A stretch of 64,000 bases of DNA from the NCBI RefSeq assembly GCF_009834535.1, contig NC_045697.1, positions 16,866,001 to 16,930,000 of the forward strand, read 5' to 3'. The DNA comes from Camelus ferus. Taxonomy: Eukaryota. The position numbers and the translations under genes were made by a program. Under the pieces are notes generated by a model, which did not search any database, was not told where the DNA came from, and saw only the letters and a list, made by a program, of their open reading frames with translations. This document shows, one piece after another, positions 63,790 through 64,000 of the stretch; position 1 is the first letter of the stretch, and the number at the start of each line of letters is the position of its first letter.

Positions 63790-64000
63790 TGTGGCCAATA
63801 CTGCTGGCTGTGGGTTCATCAAAACTCATTTTCTCTTCTCCTGGGTGTACAGCTGGTGGTCATTGACTAGCTATCCTTGCAGTTAGTTGTGACCATGTGA
63901 GTGTGTTTTTAGACAATGCAACATAAAACAAAATGACATTTGCTATATCCAATATGGTCCATAAAAGTCTCCCAAGCCATCCGCCATGCTCTCACTTCGT
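63790..64000 (+). mobile_element. MaLR LTR (MLT1I/J-like), runs off the window end
   Basis: 'tgtggccaatactgctggctg...tccttgcagttagttgtgaccatgtgag...ccataaaagtctccc'. Confidence 0.75.

Noticed and set aside
203..63866. All ORFs in the supplied six-frame track as protein-coding genes
   Set aside because: Short (60-146 aa), many with non-ATG starts, no recognisable domains; many overlap MIR, L2, L1, LTR or simple repeats; consistent with chance in mammalian non-coding DNA.

Overview
Mammalian nuclear DNA, almost certainly non-coding (intronic or intergenic). It is most likely camelid, because a tRNA-Ala-derived SINE resembling Vic-1 sits at about 2863-2995 and I saw no Alu, Bov-tA/BovB or PRE-1 elements. 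No ORF in the supplied track resembles a protein I recognise; many lie in decayed repeats or low-complexity DNA. The window is a mosaic of ancient interspersed repeats (MIR, L2, hAT and Tc2 MITEs, MaLR/ERVL solo LTRs, old L1) plus three younger truncated L1 3' ends. Between them are repeat-poor blocks rich in homeodomain and TALE-type motifs that look like conserved non-coding regulatory DNA, the largest at about 15.5-20.8 kb. I cannot name the host gene and I do not see convincing evidence of a new multi-gene system. The best leads are a perfect 32-bp inverted repeat in apparently unique DNA (30328-30359 / 31047-31078), three candidate minus-strand exons (27, 22 and 125 nt), a probable twin-primed L1 insertion, and a compact TATA/E-box/YY1 cluster. 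Repeat names come from my recollection of consensus sequences, not a database search. Boundaries are approximate (tens of bp) unless stated, and the MIR/L2 list is not exhaustive.
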